64,000 nucleotides of DNA from Eledone cirrhosa (Eukaryota), in NCBI GenBank assembly GCA_964016885.1, contig OZ024743.1:265980001-266044000 (forward strand), given 5' to 3'. Below the pieces are notes generated by a model. That model was not told the DNA's origin and ran no database searches. It was given only the letters and a program-made list of their open reading frames with translations. Numbering within the stretch: position 1 is the stretch's first letter; every line of letters begins with the position of its first letter. Shown one piece after another: positions 41,191 to 54,590 of this stretch. The position numbers and the translations under genes are program-made.

Positions 41191-42199
41191 TGTACAGAAA
41201 TGCTTATATGCAGAAGTAATTGGTTGGCTCAATTCAGAAATAGTCCAATTATACACTATCAACATTTTAAAATTTTTATATGCTAAAAGCAGTTCTCATT
41301 ATATCTTAATTTACTTTTGATAATATCTGTTTTTTGTTTTTTTTGTGTCCTTTCTTTCAATCACCGCCGTGATGACTATATAATATTCATATGGGATATC
41401 GGAATCTAATTTAGTTTTGTCTTATTAAAGACTACTCCAGATATGGTTAAGATTTCTTATTTTCACTTTTGTCGCTTCTTTGTTTTCATGTAATAGTGTG
41501 TGTAGATTTAGACGTACGTGAGTGAGTCTGTGTGTATGCGTGCGTGTGCGTCTCTATCCCTTTCCGTCTCTCACTCTCTCTGTGAGCACGTGAAATATGT
41601 ATGCGTATGTGCATCTGGATGTGATTTTCTTCTTTTTTGTTGGTATTATTCTAGCCAGATTTCTCACTATCAAGAATTATATTTCCAAAGAATCTGCTGT
41701 TATAACAAAAATATCCTGTCCAACTTAATTAAACAATATATTTTTTCTTCTTTTGTTATAATTTTTATTGGGTTAGTTTTCTTTTTGAGCTCTTTCGTTT
41801 CCGTCTTCTTTATATTTTCCATATTGTCATTTTTTGTTCTCCTTTATATGGTTTGTTAGTTTTTCTTTTATCATTTATTTATTTTATCTAGAATTCTCTT
41901 TACGTCGTGCAAAAAGTCAATTATTACTAATCTTTTTCGTTAAAAAATCAATATGGATGAATAAAAAGCGATTTTTAAACCGCCATTTTGTCGTCTTTAA
42001 GAAAATATTAATTTTGTATCTATACAAGTCTTGTTCTACACCGTCTTCATCTTAGTATTTTTGTTATCATTATTTATTCTCAAGAGACTTTGCCTACGCT
42101 GTTTGCTATCACTCCAACTCTGCCATCATACTTCCACGATTTGCAAGCTTTAATATGTTGTGACTATTTTTGTTTTTGTTTGTCTTTACTTTGAAATTG

Positions 42200-42336
42200 T
42201 ATATATATGCATATATATATTCTAACTTACCATATATATATTCATATATATATTCTAACTTACCATATATATATTCATATATATATTCTAACTTACCATA
42301 TATATATGCATATATATATTCTAACTTACCATATAT
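42200..42336. repeat. ~30-bp minisatellite, four units
   Basis: catatatatattctaacttaccatatatatat(g/t) repeated four times. Confidence 0.92.
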
Positions 42337-43953
42337 TTTTAAATCATCCGGTCCACCTCAACATTTTAATCATTTAATCACTCACAAGTACATATATACA
42401 CATACACACTTCTTAGAAACAAACAGACAATCAGACACACACATTTATGTGTGTTCGTGTGTGTCTCTCTGTGTGTGTCTGTGTGTACGTATCTCACTCT
42501 CTCACTTTCCCTTTCTTTCTATAGAGATACATATATATATATATATATATACACTAACTTTCTATCTCCGCGTAATAGCTATATCGATACCAACCTCTCT
42601 CTCTCTCTGTATATATATATACATAAACAGATAGATATATAGATAGATAGATATTACACGGAGATATAAAGTTAGTATTTACGTGTATGTGGGGGCAATT
42701 CTATGCCTGTGTGTCAGCATATGTGATAAATAAATACTTATGGTGGTGAATGTCAGTAGATTTTTTTCATTTTATTTTATTCTTATTGCTACATTGCGTG
42801 ATGAAATTTCCATTTGTTTAATTTGTCATGAAGTACCATCATCTTTCCCATTTCTTGTATACTTGTTACAGCTTTCGCTTCATATACTGCTTCAAAAGCC
42901 ATGAAAGAGTTAATAAAACATGTCTGAACTTAACTATGCCATCATGTTTTTAAAAAAAATATTTTCAGGCATCTGTGTTACTTATAAATACTCGAGTTAT
43001 TCATATATACCTACTAGATATATCTATTAACTATTATTATTGGTAAGTACCAGTAATGCACTGGGTGATTGCTGGCCTTGTGCCTAAAGTAGAAACAATT
43101 ATTATTGGTAAGCTTTTATAGATTTATGTTATTGGCATGCTATATTTTACTCGAGCCATAGACACATATCTTCTAGGTACAACCATTTTGTATTATCTTT
43201 GTGGAATTATTTTATAGAGGACAATTGTTTATATTATTTTTCATGACAACAACAAATATAAGGAAATAAGATGAATATTTTTAACGTGATAAAATATATT
43301 TTTCTTCTAATTTTCGTATCACATTTCACCTATTCGAATTTGATATAATTACTAATAGTTGTACCTTGCAGAATCATAAATAAAGTATAGCTACATTCTT
43401 CCTGTGAATCTTAAATTCGAAATGAGAAGCAATCTAATTATAATCGTAGTTTGTCTCTCGGAATTGAGGATAATCATTTAGCTGTTCGGTCAATGTTATG
43501 CCCTAATCTTTAATTTCTTCACCATAAAACAGTTTCCAAAGACAATGTTTGTACAAGTGTGATGAATCCATCACCTAACGCGTTGAATCCTATCGTTGCA
43601 CATTCGTTATGAAATAGGGATTGGTTGCGAACCCGACCACGGGTGAAACACTTGTAAAACTGGTATCCCTATATCTCTCTTGGTATATCTATGTCTTTAT
43701 ATCTATCTATCTATCTATTTATCAATCTAGCTGTCGTCTGTTCTACAGTGTGGATGTCATTCACTTCGCACAGAAGTTTTGTTCAAATTTATTGAGGAAA
43801 TTTTGTGAGTTCAAACTTAATTTTGATACAATTGTGTAGCTTGACCCTCCGTCTGAACTGTCAGGCGGTGGGTCAGCTCATCTTTACCCCTCCTAGAGGT
43901 GAAAAACCTGTTTTAAAAAATTTTGTGTAAAAAATTTCAATCGTCTAACAGAA

Positions 43954-45855
43954 ATGTTAAACGCAGCGAACGAAAATAGTGGTGGGGGGACAGCGGTAAG
44001 AGTTGTAAGCTCGCACGCTTTAGTCCTCCCTTCCTTCCCAACTAACGTCATAGAGAAGGAAGGAAAAATGAAAATAAAAACGGACGAATCTGCGGAGAAA
44101 AAATTAAATGACGAAAACATAAATCTGGACTTGGATTCCAACAACGAAACAAAAAAATTTGAAAAATTGCATGACAATACTAATAACACAAACAAAGACA
44201 CAACAAACAAAAAAATAACAGTTGAAAATAACACCATATCAGAAAACAAAGCAGACAACAAGATTTCATTTGCACAGAAAACAAAGAAATCTTTGACTTA
44301 TATAGCGGAAAACATTTCAGATGTGGTACGAAGGATCACGGACGCAAAACAATACATAAGTGAAGGTGAGAATGGTATTTTATTGGTAAAAATGCCTCAA
44401 GAATTCACGAAAGACATTGAAAGCCGAACGGTCAAGTTTCGGACCATCAACAACAGTACAAAAAAACCTGAACAGCCTTCTCAAGCAGATATCAAAACAG
44501 TACTCACAGAAGTACTGAATGAAACAACTTTCATAAGAAATGACAGACTGTATGGAAGCCTAGCAATTATCATGAAGAACGAATCGGCGGCAAAAAAATG
44601 TGCTTTCTCACCGATTCGTTCGAAAAATTTCACCTTTTATCCATCTTATATGGGAAAAAAAAACTCAACGCATATGGCTGGATGCAATGATGCCAGATGT
44701 GGACTACTGCTGGCTCATAGCTGGCTTCATCGATCCAGTGAATGACAACGTGATTTCCATTGGGAAAACCACAGGCAATGCGTTCAGTGGAACAGGTATA
44801 GAGCTGGTAGTACAAATGAAGCCTGAACGCATCGCCCAAATACCCGACAGAATCCTATTAGAGGACCACGGGTATATAAACATTAGCGTGGAGGGGAGAA
44901 GGCCGTCCTGCCATATCTGTGCAGGCAGAGGGCACCTGAAGGCCGCTTGACCCAACTCAACAAAAAGAAAACCCTGCTACCAACACCAGCTCCACCACCA
45001 CCACCACAACAGATAAACAAACAACAAAACTCAGTCCCACCCAACCCGTCCCTCAGTAAAACCACAACACCACCACAACACAAACAGTCACAACACATTA
45101 CTCCAAAACAAAATACAGGCCCACCCAACCTCTCACTCAATAAAACAACACAACCACCGCAGACACAACACACAACACAGTCTAACATAGTGACATCCAT
45201 CTCCCCCACAAAGAAAACCAACACGGAAACATTACCAGCAAACATACCTCTTCCCTCCAACACTGAAGATAACCCAATGAATTCGGAGGAAGAAACGGAG
45301 TCCTTCAGACAGATTAAAAGGAAAAAAAGAAAACATGTGCAAAACACACAAGGACAAACAACCCCCACCCAAATCGCAACACAATCCAACAAAACAGAAA
45401 ACACCCCTCCAGCAACAAACAAAACCAAACCTGCCCCTCCCCTCTTCGAAACACTCACACCATCGGAAAAAAAGACATTACACTATACTTACATCAACAG
45501 AAACAATAATAAATTAAATGAACTCATATGCAATAATCCTTCGGTATAAACCGAAGGTGTAAACTTTGTTTCGTCAGAAAACCACCCACATTTAAAACTA
45601 ATAAAAATCCCAATGAACCTCTACCAAAAACTAAAAGAGGATTTTAAGGAGGACGTAGGACCACCCTCTGTCAAACCCATAAACCGCGTCCTACTAAAAA
45701 GCTTTCCCCCTCCCCTTCCCCTCCCCAACACAACTCCAAACACCCCAACCCCACCACACACTGACGACCCCACACCACCACAAGACACCCCTTCACCCAA
45801 CACCCCCGACCCCATGGAAGTCGTGCAACCCGAACCCCGGGAAGCGGAAAGGTAG
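43954..45855 (+). pseudogene. Tx1-like ORF1 (gag-like, CCHC zinc knuckle, Pro/Thr-rich tail), disrupted
   Basis: Four ORF pieces join through a +1 indel in an A-run (~44655), a -1 indel at the last knuckle Cys (CHICAGRGHLKAA[C], ~44949) and an in-frame TAA at 45547. Confidence 0.85.
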
Positions 45856-45888
45856 GTCTCTACACTCTCCTTTGGCTCTGCCGCCCAC

Positions 45889-48800
45889 ATGGATGTGTTA
45901 AGAGTAGGATGTTTGAATGCACGTGGCCTGGGCTCAACTTGGAAGCAAGCAAAGCTTCTAAATGACCTCAGGTCATGTAGTATAAATGTAATGGTTATCT
46001 GTGAGACTCGAATCAGCGTCGTGCGGCAGCTGGCCCCCACCTTCGATGACTTTGAGGTGCATGCATCTCTCTGTCAACCTGGAGGTGGGGGTGGGGTTGT
46101 CGTACTGCTGCAAAAACACCTGGGTCTTGCCGTACAGGTTGTGCACTCGGACCCGGAGGGTCGTTTGTTGGTGCTAGACGTTGGCAGTAGTGAAAGTGCG
46201 GCCTTGAGACTGGTCGCCGTCTACTCCCCTTTCGGAGCTGAACGGCCCGACTTCTTCCAGCGTTTGGAGACTTTTCTGGGAACGTCGCGTTCCCTGCTTC
46301 TAGCGGGGGATTGGAATGACATCCTGGATGCACGTTGGGACTATGCAGGAGCATGTCCTAATAGAGGGGGTGTAACAGCCTCAAGGGGTTACTCGACCGT
46401 TTTAACTTGGTCGATAGATATCGACTAGATTTTCCAACTGTGCCTACCTGGACTTGGAGAAACCACAGTGGTCAATCTAGATCGTACTTAGATAGATTCT
46501 TAGTTAGAAGTAAGGATAGGGACATATTAAGCTGTCCAGAAATGCGCACGGTTGGCTACACGGATCACAAATTAGTGACCTGCGTGGTCAATCTCGAGAA
46601 AACACATAGACAGGGTCCCGGTTACTGGAAACTTAATTTGTCTTTACCGGCAAAAGAGACTTACAGAAACCGGATTAGCAGATTAGTTAAGGAGAGGTTG
46701 ACGGGTGCAATCGTCAACAACCGATGGTGGGCATCTCTCAAAAGAGAGATTAGAACAGAATCAATAAGTTATAGCAAGATGTTAGCTGCCGATAGGAATA
46801 GAAACGAGAAAGAATTAACAGGTAAATTAGAAGAGGCAATCAAGAGCGAAGATGTGGCCAGAGTGCTGGCATCGAGGACGGCCTTGAACCAGTTTTTCGA
46901 TGCAAAGCATGAAGGCTGCGTCATTCGAAGTAAAATACGTGCTCTAGGTAATGAGGGGGCCAAAGCCGTTGGATGGGCCCGCGTGACAGAAGCTAAGAGT
47001 GGAAATCGATCCACCATCCGGTCGTTGCAAGACGAAGATGGACGAGTGATCCGGAAGCCTAAGCAAATGTGCGAGGCCTTTCAAAAGCACTTTGCCCGAT
47101 TGTTCGGGGGAGGCGAGGGTCCGGGCCGGGGCGTGGATTTCGGTCCATACCTCGACGGCCTGCCGCGTCTCTCGAACAAAGAGGCAGAGTCCTGCGAGGG
47201 ACCAATCTCGGCTGATGAGATCGGAGATGCGCTGAGCCAATGCAGCAGACGCAAATCTCCAGGTCTCGATGGTATACCTTACGAACTTTATTTAGCAATG
47301 CCGGTCTTCTTCTCCGAACTCCTCGAAGCGGTCTACTGCAATTGGCAGCAGAACGGGAGAATTCCTTGTTCTGTAGCCAAGGGCGTAGTCACGCTGGTGA
47401 GGAAGGACGAGAACAAGGGGGATAGTATAAATAATTTTCGGCCCATAACCCTGCTAAACACAGAGTTAAAGATTTTGGCCAAGGTGTTAGCAAAGAGGTT
47501 GGCGCTTGTCGTGGGTGGCCTGGTGGGAGATGCGCAGACATGTGCTATCCCATCCAGGTCCATTCACGATAACCTCCACCTCATGCGATACATCATAGAG
47601 AGGGTTGGCAACAAACCCGGCTTCGGTGGGGCCCTGATCAACTTGGATCAGTCTAAGGCCTTCGATAGGGTCGACCATGGTTACCTGGATGCGGTGCTAG
47701 CGGCGGCTGGGTTCGGTCCTGTTTTCAGAGGCTGGATCACTGCCCTACATAGCAACCACATCTGTTCTAGGATCAAGGTGAACGGCTACCTTTCGAAGCC
47801 GTTCGAAATCACACGATCCATTCGACAGGGGTGCCCTCTCTCCTCCCTTCTGTACGTATTGACTCTCGAGCCTTTACTGAGGAAGTTGGAGTTGTTGCAG
47901 GGTATCCCCCTGGAACCAGGAACGAGCAAAGCGGTGTCGGCCTACGCCGATGACGTAACAGTAATGGTATCAACCGACTCGGAGATCGAGGCGATCGGTA
48001 CCTTACTGGAGGAGTACGAAAGGTTGTCAGGAGCGAAACTGAACCGGGAAAAATCCATCGGGCTGCAACTCGGAACGTGGAGAGGCAGACCGATGCCTCC
48101 TGACGGTGTCGTCGGACACTGGACGGAGGGCCCGGTAAAGTTGCTTGGGGTCTGGTTTGGACCGGACCTCCAGGTGGAAAAGAACTGGAACGAGGTTACG
48201 AACAAGGTGTTTGCACTAACCCAGAAATGGGCCAAGTGTAAGCTGTCCCTAAAAGGCCGGGCGGAGGTGGCGAACATTTACATAGCGTCCGTCACTTACT
48301 ACCGCCTGACTGTCGTGCCTTGCCCTAAGGAAACACTCACCACCATGGAACGCATGCTCTTCCAATTTCTTTGGAAGAAGCATCCTCCTATGGTGAGAAG
48401 ATCCATCTGCTGCCAACAACCTTCGAAAGGAGGGCTGGGGATGCCGTGGTTGATGATGCGTAGGCACGCATTAAGGCTACGGCACCTACAGGTATTCCTC
48501 ACTGGTCAACCGGTGTGGGCTCCGTTCGTGAAACGAGCCTTTCCGAGACTCGTCTCACTCACCCAGCTACAGTCCTGGGTCAAGCAAAGATCCGGAAAAC
48601 TGGGAGACTGGCACACTGAGTGTGCTCAGGCGCTCAGGGCTCTCTGGCAAGCGGGCCGGGCCATCGGTGGAGAATCCACCTCATCATTCTATAGAGGGCT
48701 GGTGGCTAGCAGGGGCGATGACACCCTTGGAGAGTCGCTGGACATGGAAGAGGACGAACTGGCCAGCCTGTTCGGTAGGACTTTCGGCCCAGGACCAATG

Positions 48801-49325
48801 GACAACTTCCAGAAGTCACTGGCCTGGCAGTGCTACCGAGGGGATCTACCCGTTCGAGAGAGGCTCTACAGACACGGGCGCCCGGGCAGGGATCCCTCAA
48901 AAAAGATTTGCCCTAGATGCGTGCGTTACGAAGAAACCGTAGCGCACGCATTGGTGCAATGTCCGGGCGTGGCTGATCTGTGGGGCTACGCCGAACAACT
49001 GCTGTCGCGGGTGGCGCCGATTAAATTGACCGCCGAGTCCGTGATGACAATCAAACCGCCTCCCCTCTTCACAAAGGAAGCAAAGGCGGTTTTTCTGTGC
49101 GTAATAGCCATGTTGAAAGAGGTTGTTTGGTGGACACGATTGAAAGGTCTGAGGTCAGGCAACTTCCTTTCTGGCCATAGTCTGGTCTACTTCTTCCGAT
49201 ATCACTTCGGAAGAAGGATCAGAATGGAGAGAGAGGTGCTTGGCCACAGGCAGTTTTATGAAAGGTGGGTGATAGTGGCGAGAATGGCTCGTGTAAATGG
49301 GCCTTCTCTGTATACCATCCTGTAG
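45889..49325 (+). CDS. Tx1-like ORF2: APE endonuclease, reverse transcriptase and C-terminal zinc finger (one frameshift at ~46368)
   Basis: APE motifs CLNARGL, ICETR, AGDWN, YLDRFL, TDHKLV; RT motifs SPGLDG, FRPITLLN, LDQSKAFDRV, RQGCPLS, AYADDV; CPRC..ETVAHALVQC. A 972-aa portion is uninterrupted. Confidence 0.95.
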
Positions 49326-49604
49326 GTAAAGAAGTAAAGGAGAGGGGAGCACCTCCTCCATGTGCTCCCCGGGCAAAGGATTGCACACTTTTTCGGGGGT
49401 GTGTGCAACCCCCATCACGTCCCCTCCCTTTTGAGGTTATTTTCGATTATTTTCATGTTACACCCTTTTTACTCGATTATATGTAAACTCCCCCCCCCCC
49501 CTTTGTATTTGTCCCTTCTTTTTATGCCTTTATGGTAAATAAAGAAATCTATCTATCTATCTATTTATTATCTCTTTCTCTCTCTCTCTCTCTCTCTCTC
49601 ATTA

Positions 49605-49707
<103 letters not shown>

Positions 49708-50229
49708 GTGCGTGCGTGTGTGTGTGTGTATATTTATATGTAGAAATAAGTACCGACCGTCTCTTGCTATACACACACATATATGATTGTGTGTGTGTGT
49801 GTAGCATGAGACAGGCTGTATTTATCTCCATGATATTTGCATGGTACATGAATACAGAGTGAAAAGTAAGGCGTGAAGGACAGTTTAATCAAGTTATTTA
49901 ACCAGTTTTCGTATAATTATATTATTTAAATGAAGCACACACACTTCGGAAGAGGTGAAATAAAACAATGATAACGGATCAGTACGATTGGTGGTAAATC
50001 ATAATTTTGGCAGACGTCAGCATAATACATCATTATTGTTCAAATTATGTGCGATAATGTGGTAGATGGACATTCAAACAGCTTTCACTATCCAAACCGT
50101 GACACAAACTTACGCACAACTACACATGCACATACATACATACTTACATACATACATCATACATTCATACATATATGGTGGCTGCCAACTCGTTTTCGAG
50201 TACGGCCACTACTTTATATCCATGTAGGA

Positions 50230-50570
50230 GAACCCCTACCGATGCGCTGAATGAGTGTGACTTTTTAGTCCAGCCAGCGACTTGAAAACTCTGGTACAAA
50301 CACTACACTTGTGACAATATTGATACATAGTGCTGGGCCCATGGTACCATGTAACGAGAAGTACAGAGAGATCTCCAGATATAAAGCAATGCCTGTGCTG
50401 TGAAGCTTTTATAGTGAGCAAAGGCTCTGCACAAAGCCAGTCCCACTCTCTTAACCAAGATGATATTTACCAAAAAGAAGAACAAGTCAACATCATTGGA
50501 TACCATCAGGGTTGCAGGTGTTATATCAGAGTTTTCCTTCTCCTAGAATTCTGCCTTGACAAAGGCTAAG
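50230..50570 (-). mobile_element. LINE 3' fragment (RTE-like, C-terminal zinc-finger remnant)
   Basis: Minus strand CSVCTRVFKSLAGLKSHTHSAH at the 3' end. Confidence 0.45.
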
Positions 50571-50965
50571 GGGTCATCTCTCCCATGTATATATGTATAT
50601 ATGTATATATATACATATATACATTCATACATATATACATACATATATACACATGCATCCATCCACTCATACATAGATACATTCATACATACATACATAT
50701 ATAGATATACATACATACATACATACATACATACATAATATACATACATACATAAATACATACATGATGATGGCTGCCCCCTCGTTATCGAATATGGTCA
50801 TTGCACGAGGAGAAAAAAAAAATTAATAAATAAATTTTAAAAAAATATTTTAAAATAAATATATATATATATATATATATAGTAATAATAATAAAATTGA
50901 AAACTAAAATCCAAAGAGGGCTCGATAAGGATAAATATATATCAAATATATAAGAACCGAAGAGC

Positions 50966-51114
50966 AAATATTTATTAAAATAACAGATTAAAGTTTAAGC
51001 AAAGAATCGCTGCTTTCACCCTTAACGGGATCTTCTGAATATATCTATGTATCTCTATATGTATGTAAGGGTGAAAGCAGCGATTCTTTGCTTAAACTTT
51101 AATCTGTTATTTTA

Positions 51115-51122
<8 letters not shown>
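50966..51122. repeat. ~57-bp inverted repeat at a PLE-type terminus
   Basis: atttattaaaataacagattaaagtttaagcaaagaatcgctgctttcaccctta is mirrored at ~51066-51121; the adjacent 50880-50980 is homologous to 24762-24862. Confidence 0.8.
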
Positions 51123-51158
<36 letters not shown>

Positions 51159-51689
51159 ATACACATATATACACACACATACATATACACACACATATAC
51201 ATTATTACAATAATAATAATAATAATAACAACAATAATAATAACGACAACAACAATAATAATATACATATACATATATATATATATATACACACACACGC
51301 ACATACATAAACATATCTATACACACACACGATAGCAACTAACAGCGCTCCGATCGAATGTGGCTTTTTAGCCCAGCCAATGATCTAAAATGTCTTGCAC
51401 AGAGTCGGCAACCAAAACATTCACTGGGAATAGTACATACATACATACAAACATACATACATGCATGCATACATACATACATACATACATAAATACATGC
51501 ATAAATACCAACTAATTTGAGATTTACATTATAAGCTCTTATTTATGTTGTAAGATTTTGAATGAGCTATAGACAGATCGGCAGTTGTAAATTAGTTTAT
51601 TGGTGGACATATATGCGTAGCAATATAATTGTGATATACATACTTCGAGTGGCCCGTTGTAGCTATTTCCCTGTTGGTGTTTGAAATAT

Positions 51690-51940
51690 ATCTTCTTCTT
51701 CTTCTTCTTCTTCTTCTTCTTCTTCTTCTTCTTCTTCTTCTTCTTCTTCTTCTTCTTCTTCTTCTTCTCAAATCGGAGAAGCAGCGGCTCTACCTGGAGT
51801 GACTGATCTCCGAGCCAAGCACTCTATCAAGTAACGTCACTTCAAAAGCAATTCGGACTAAACCCATTCCGACCGTTTGTATTCGCGATCGTTTTCTTTC
51901 GGTCATCACACAAAATTCTTGACCATATATAAGGATTGAC
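51690..51940 (-). mobile_element. RTE-type LINE 3' end with a (GAA)n tail
   Basis: SILIYGQEFCVMTERKRSRIQTVGMGLVRIAFEVTLLDRV on the minus strand, followed by (GAA)n (ttc repeats at 51690-51767 on +). Confidence 0.7.
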
Positions 51941-51941
51941 A

Positions 51942-51979
<38 letters not shown>

Positions 51980-51981
<2 letters not shown>

Positions 51982-54590
51982 AAAAAATTGAACGGGAACA
52001 AAACAGAGAGGTAGTACGAACAAAGGTTTATTATTTTAACGCTCTTGGGAGTGGTGGAGGGGAACGACGTTTCGGGCATAAGCCCTTCTTCAGGCGAGAA
52101 GTGTGTGGGAAGAGAGTTACAAGGGTGTGTAGGGGAGTGGTGGAGTGACATATAGAAAAAAGGGGGTAAGAGGAAACGGTAAAAATCAAATTAAATATAA
52201 AAGCATAATAAAAATAAAAATAAACATGAAGTAAAACAAGTGGTGGAAGAATGTGGGGCGTGTAGGGGTGGTGGCGGGTGAGTGGGGAGAGAGATGCGGG
52301 GTGTCAGAGCGGGGAGGGCTGAAGGTGGTGTGTGTGTGTGTAGGTGTGCGTGTGTGTGTGTATGTAAAAGTAAGAGTTGGGGGAAGAACGGGGTTGTATG
52401 TTCAGGAAAAGGTTTGTGTGGGGTGGGGTGTAGGTCGGTGTGTGTGGACGGGGAGGTGTCGGAGGTGGTGGGGGAGAGGATTCCGGAGGCTGAGTGTGTA
52501 AATATGTGGTGGTACGCACGTGTGTGTGGTGTTTATACGTACTGTGTATGTAGGTGGCGTGTGGGAAAAGACATTTTTTTTAGTGTATGTCCGTGGGTGA
52601 GTCCCTAAGGTAGTTCCGTAGAGGATGTGGTGGGATGCTGGGTAATTTCCTTGTGATGTGGTTGATTCTTAGAGCGATGTCCAATGTGTTTAACCCGTGG
52701 TTGGGTTTGTCGGAAGAGGGGAGATGTGGGGTGCGCGCCAAACAGGAAGTGGTCAGAGGGTCAAGGCAGGAGGAGGGTTGTATGTCTGTGTGTGCGGAGA
52801 GGTGGTCAGAGAGTCAGGGTATAGCAGCAGTCGGGGAGAATGGTAAGTGAAGAAAATCGGTGTGTCAGTGTGTGCGGAGGTGCGGGGGACATGGGAGAGG
52901 ATGGGTAGGTGTGAAAGTTTGAGTGAGGAGGGGGGTGTATTAGTAGAGGTGTTAGTGGGATGTGTGTGTGAGAAAGGGTGTAGGTGGAGCGGGGAGGGGG
53001 AGGGGGAGAGAAACGTGTAGGGGACGGTGGAAGGAGTGTAGTGTACTGGTGTGTGTGTGCGTGTTTGGATGAGTGTGTGTGTTGTGAAGGGGGTGTTACT
53101 GGGTGTTAGTATACTGGTGGTGGGGAAAGGGTTGAATGCGGGTGTTAGTGGGGGTCAGTGGTGGTAAGGTGTGTAGAGTGGGTGGTGTAAGTGGGTGTGT
53201 GTGTTCGTGTGCGTGGGGTTGGGGGGTGTTAGTGATATTAGTTGCGGGGGTGGTGGGGGTGGATGTGTGTTGGTGATGGTTAGTGGTGGTAGTAAGGTGT
53301 GTGTTTAGTGTGAGTGCGTGTATATATGTAGCGGTGGGTGTGTGCGTGTGCTAAGGGGAGGAGGGAGAAGAAAGGAGGGATGTTAGTATTGTTAGTTGGG
53401 GAAGGGTGGTCGGGTGTGGGGTGGGAGTGTTAGTATTGTTAGTTGTGCAGTGGGCGGTGAAAAGGAGGAGTGTGTTAGTGGTGTTAGTGGGGGATGTGTG
53501 TGGGGGAGGGGGAAGTCGGTCTAAGGCTAAAGGAATAAGGGTGGGGAGTTCAGGCCGGGAGGAGTGTGGGTCTGTACGGTGAAGATGGTTCGTTGCTCGA
53601 CCCTGAGGAGAGTGGCGGGTGTTCCGTGGCATTGGCGTAGGCCACAGGCTGTGAGGTGGTGCGCGGAATGTCCAGGTGCGCCAAAGTGGCGGGCGATGGC
53701 GGAACTACCACCGAGACGAATATCTCGGAGGTGCTCGCTAAACCGGTCCGCCAGGCGACGTCCAGTCTGTCCGACGTAGTTTGCGCTGCACGGAGTGCAG
53801 CGCAAACTACGTCGGAAGGCATGCCGGACAGAGAGAGAGTGGCCGTTGGGATCCTGGAAGGTGGTGGTGTTGGTGATGTGGGGACAGGTGTTGCAACGGG
53901 GCCTGGAACAGGGAAGGGAACCGGGAGGAGGGAAAGCGTGGGTTGGGGGGTAGGGAGCTGTGGACGAGGTGGGTGCGCAGATTGCGTGCGCGTTTGAAAG
54001 AGGTGAGTGGTGGGGCTGGAAAGATGTGGGAGGTGGAGGGGTCGGACCGGAGGTGTCGGAAGAGGCGGAGGATGGTGCGGTGGAGGGGTATGGTGGAGGG
54101 GTGGTAGGTGATGGGGAAGGGGAGCCGATGGGTGGGTGTGCGGTGGCGTGTGGTGAGGGTGGTGGAGCGGTGGACAGCACGGGCGCGGGTGAGAGCGGTG
54201 TGGAAGAGAGAGGGGGGTAACCTCTGCAGATGAAATGGCTGACTAGGGAAAGGGTCTGGGAGTCAAATTCAGCATCTCGGCTACAGAGGCGGCGGATCCT
54301 AAGGAGTTGGGAGTAGGTAATAGAGTGTTTAGTGTGTGTTGGGTGGGAAGAGGTGAAATCGAGGTAGGAGTGGGCGTCGGTGGGGGTTTGAAGAAGGCGG
54401 AGGTGACGAGGGAGTGGTGGGAGGGGTTGAAGGCGACGGAGATGTCTAAGAAGTGGACGTGGGTGGTGGAGATAGACGTGGTGAAGTGGAGGGGGGCGGG
54501 GTGGAAGGAGCAGAAGAAGGAGAGAAAGGAGTCGAGCTGTTCTCGGGGAGAGTCGTGGCTGCGATACAGTCGTCGATGTAACGACCGTAC
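51980..54590 (-). mobile_element. Penelope-like element (Neptune-like), 5'-truncated, with a ~1.5-kb CA-rich 3' region
   Basis: TDAHSYLDFTSSHP...YSQLLRIRRLCS...RGYP, Cys linker CSRPRCNTCPHI and CTPCSANYVGQTGRRLADRFSEHLRDI (53527-54400); HHR near the 3' end. Confidence 0.9.
52064..52096 (-). ncRNA. Minimal PLE-type hammerhead ribozyme, canonical core
   Basis: Minus strand reads gc-CTGAAGA-A-GGGC(ttat)GCCC-GAAACGTC-gt; palindromic ACGT, GUC triplet, very short stem I. Confidence 0.75.

Larger units (their letters stand above)
43723..49546 (+). mobile_element. Near full-length Tx1/L1-clade non-LTR retrotransposon with a 22-bp TSD
   Basis: Identical atctatctatctatctatttat at 43701-43722 and 49547-49568; 5'UTR, ORF1, ORF2 and a 3'UTR ending aataaagaa. 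Confidence 0.95.

Noticed and set aside
44650-44665. G GGA AAA as a programmed -1 frameshift site in ORF1
   Set aside because: The downstream zinc-knuckle frame needs a +1 shift, so a homopolymer insertion is the simpler explanation.
44883-48900. Antisense ORFs over the Tx1 element
   Set aside because: They are shadow frames of compositionally biased ORF1/ORF2 with no motifs of their own.
51906-52151. ORF containing SPEEGLMPETS
   Set aside because: It is the conceptual translation of the hammerhead sequence running into a (TA)n tract, not evidence of a protein.
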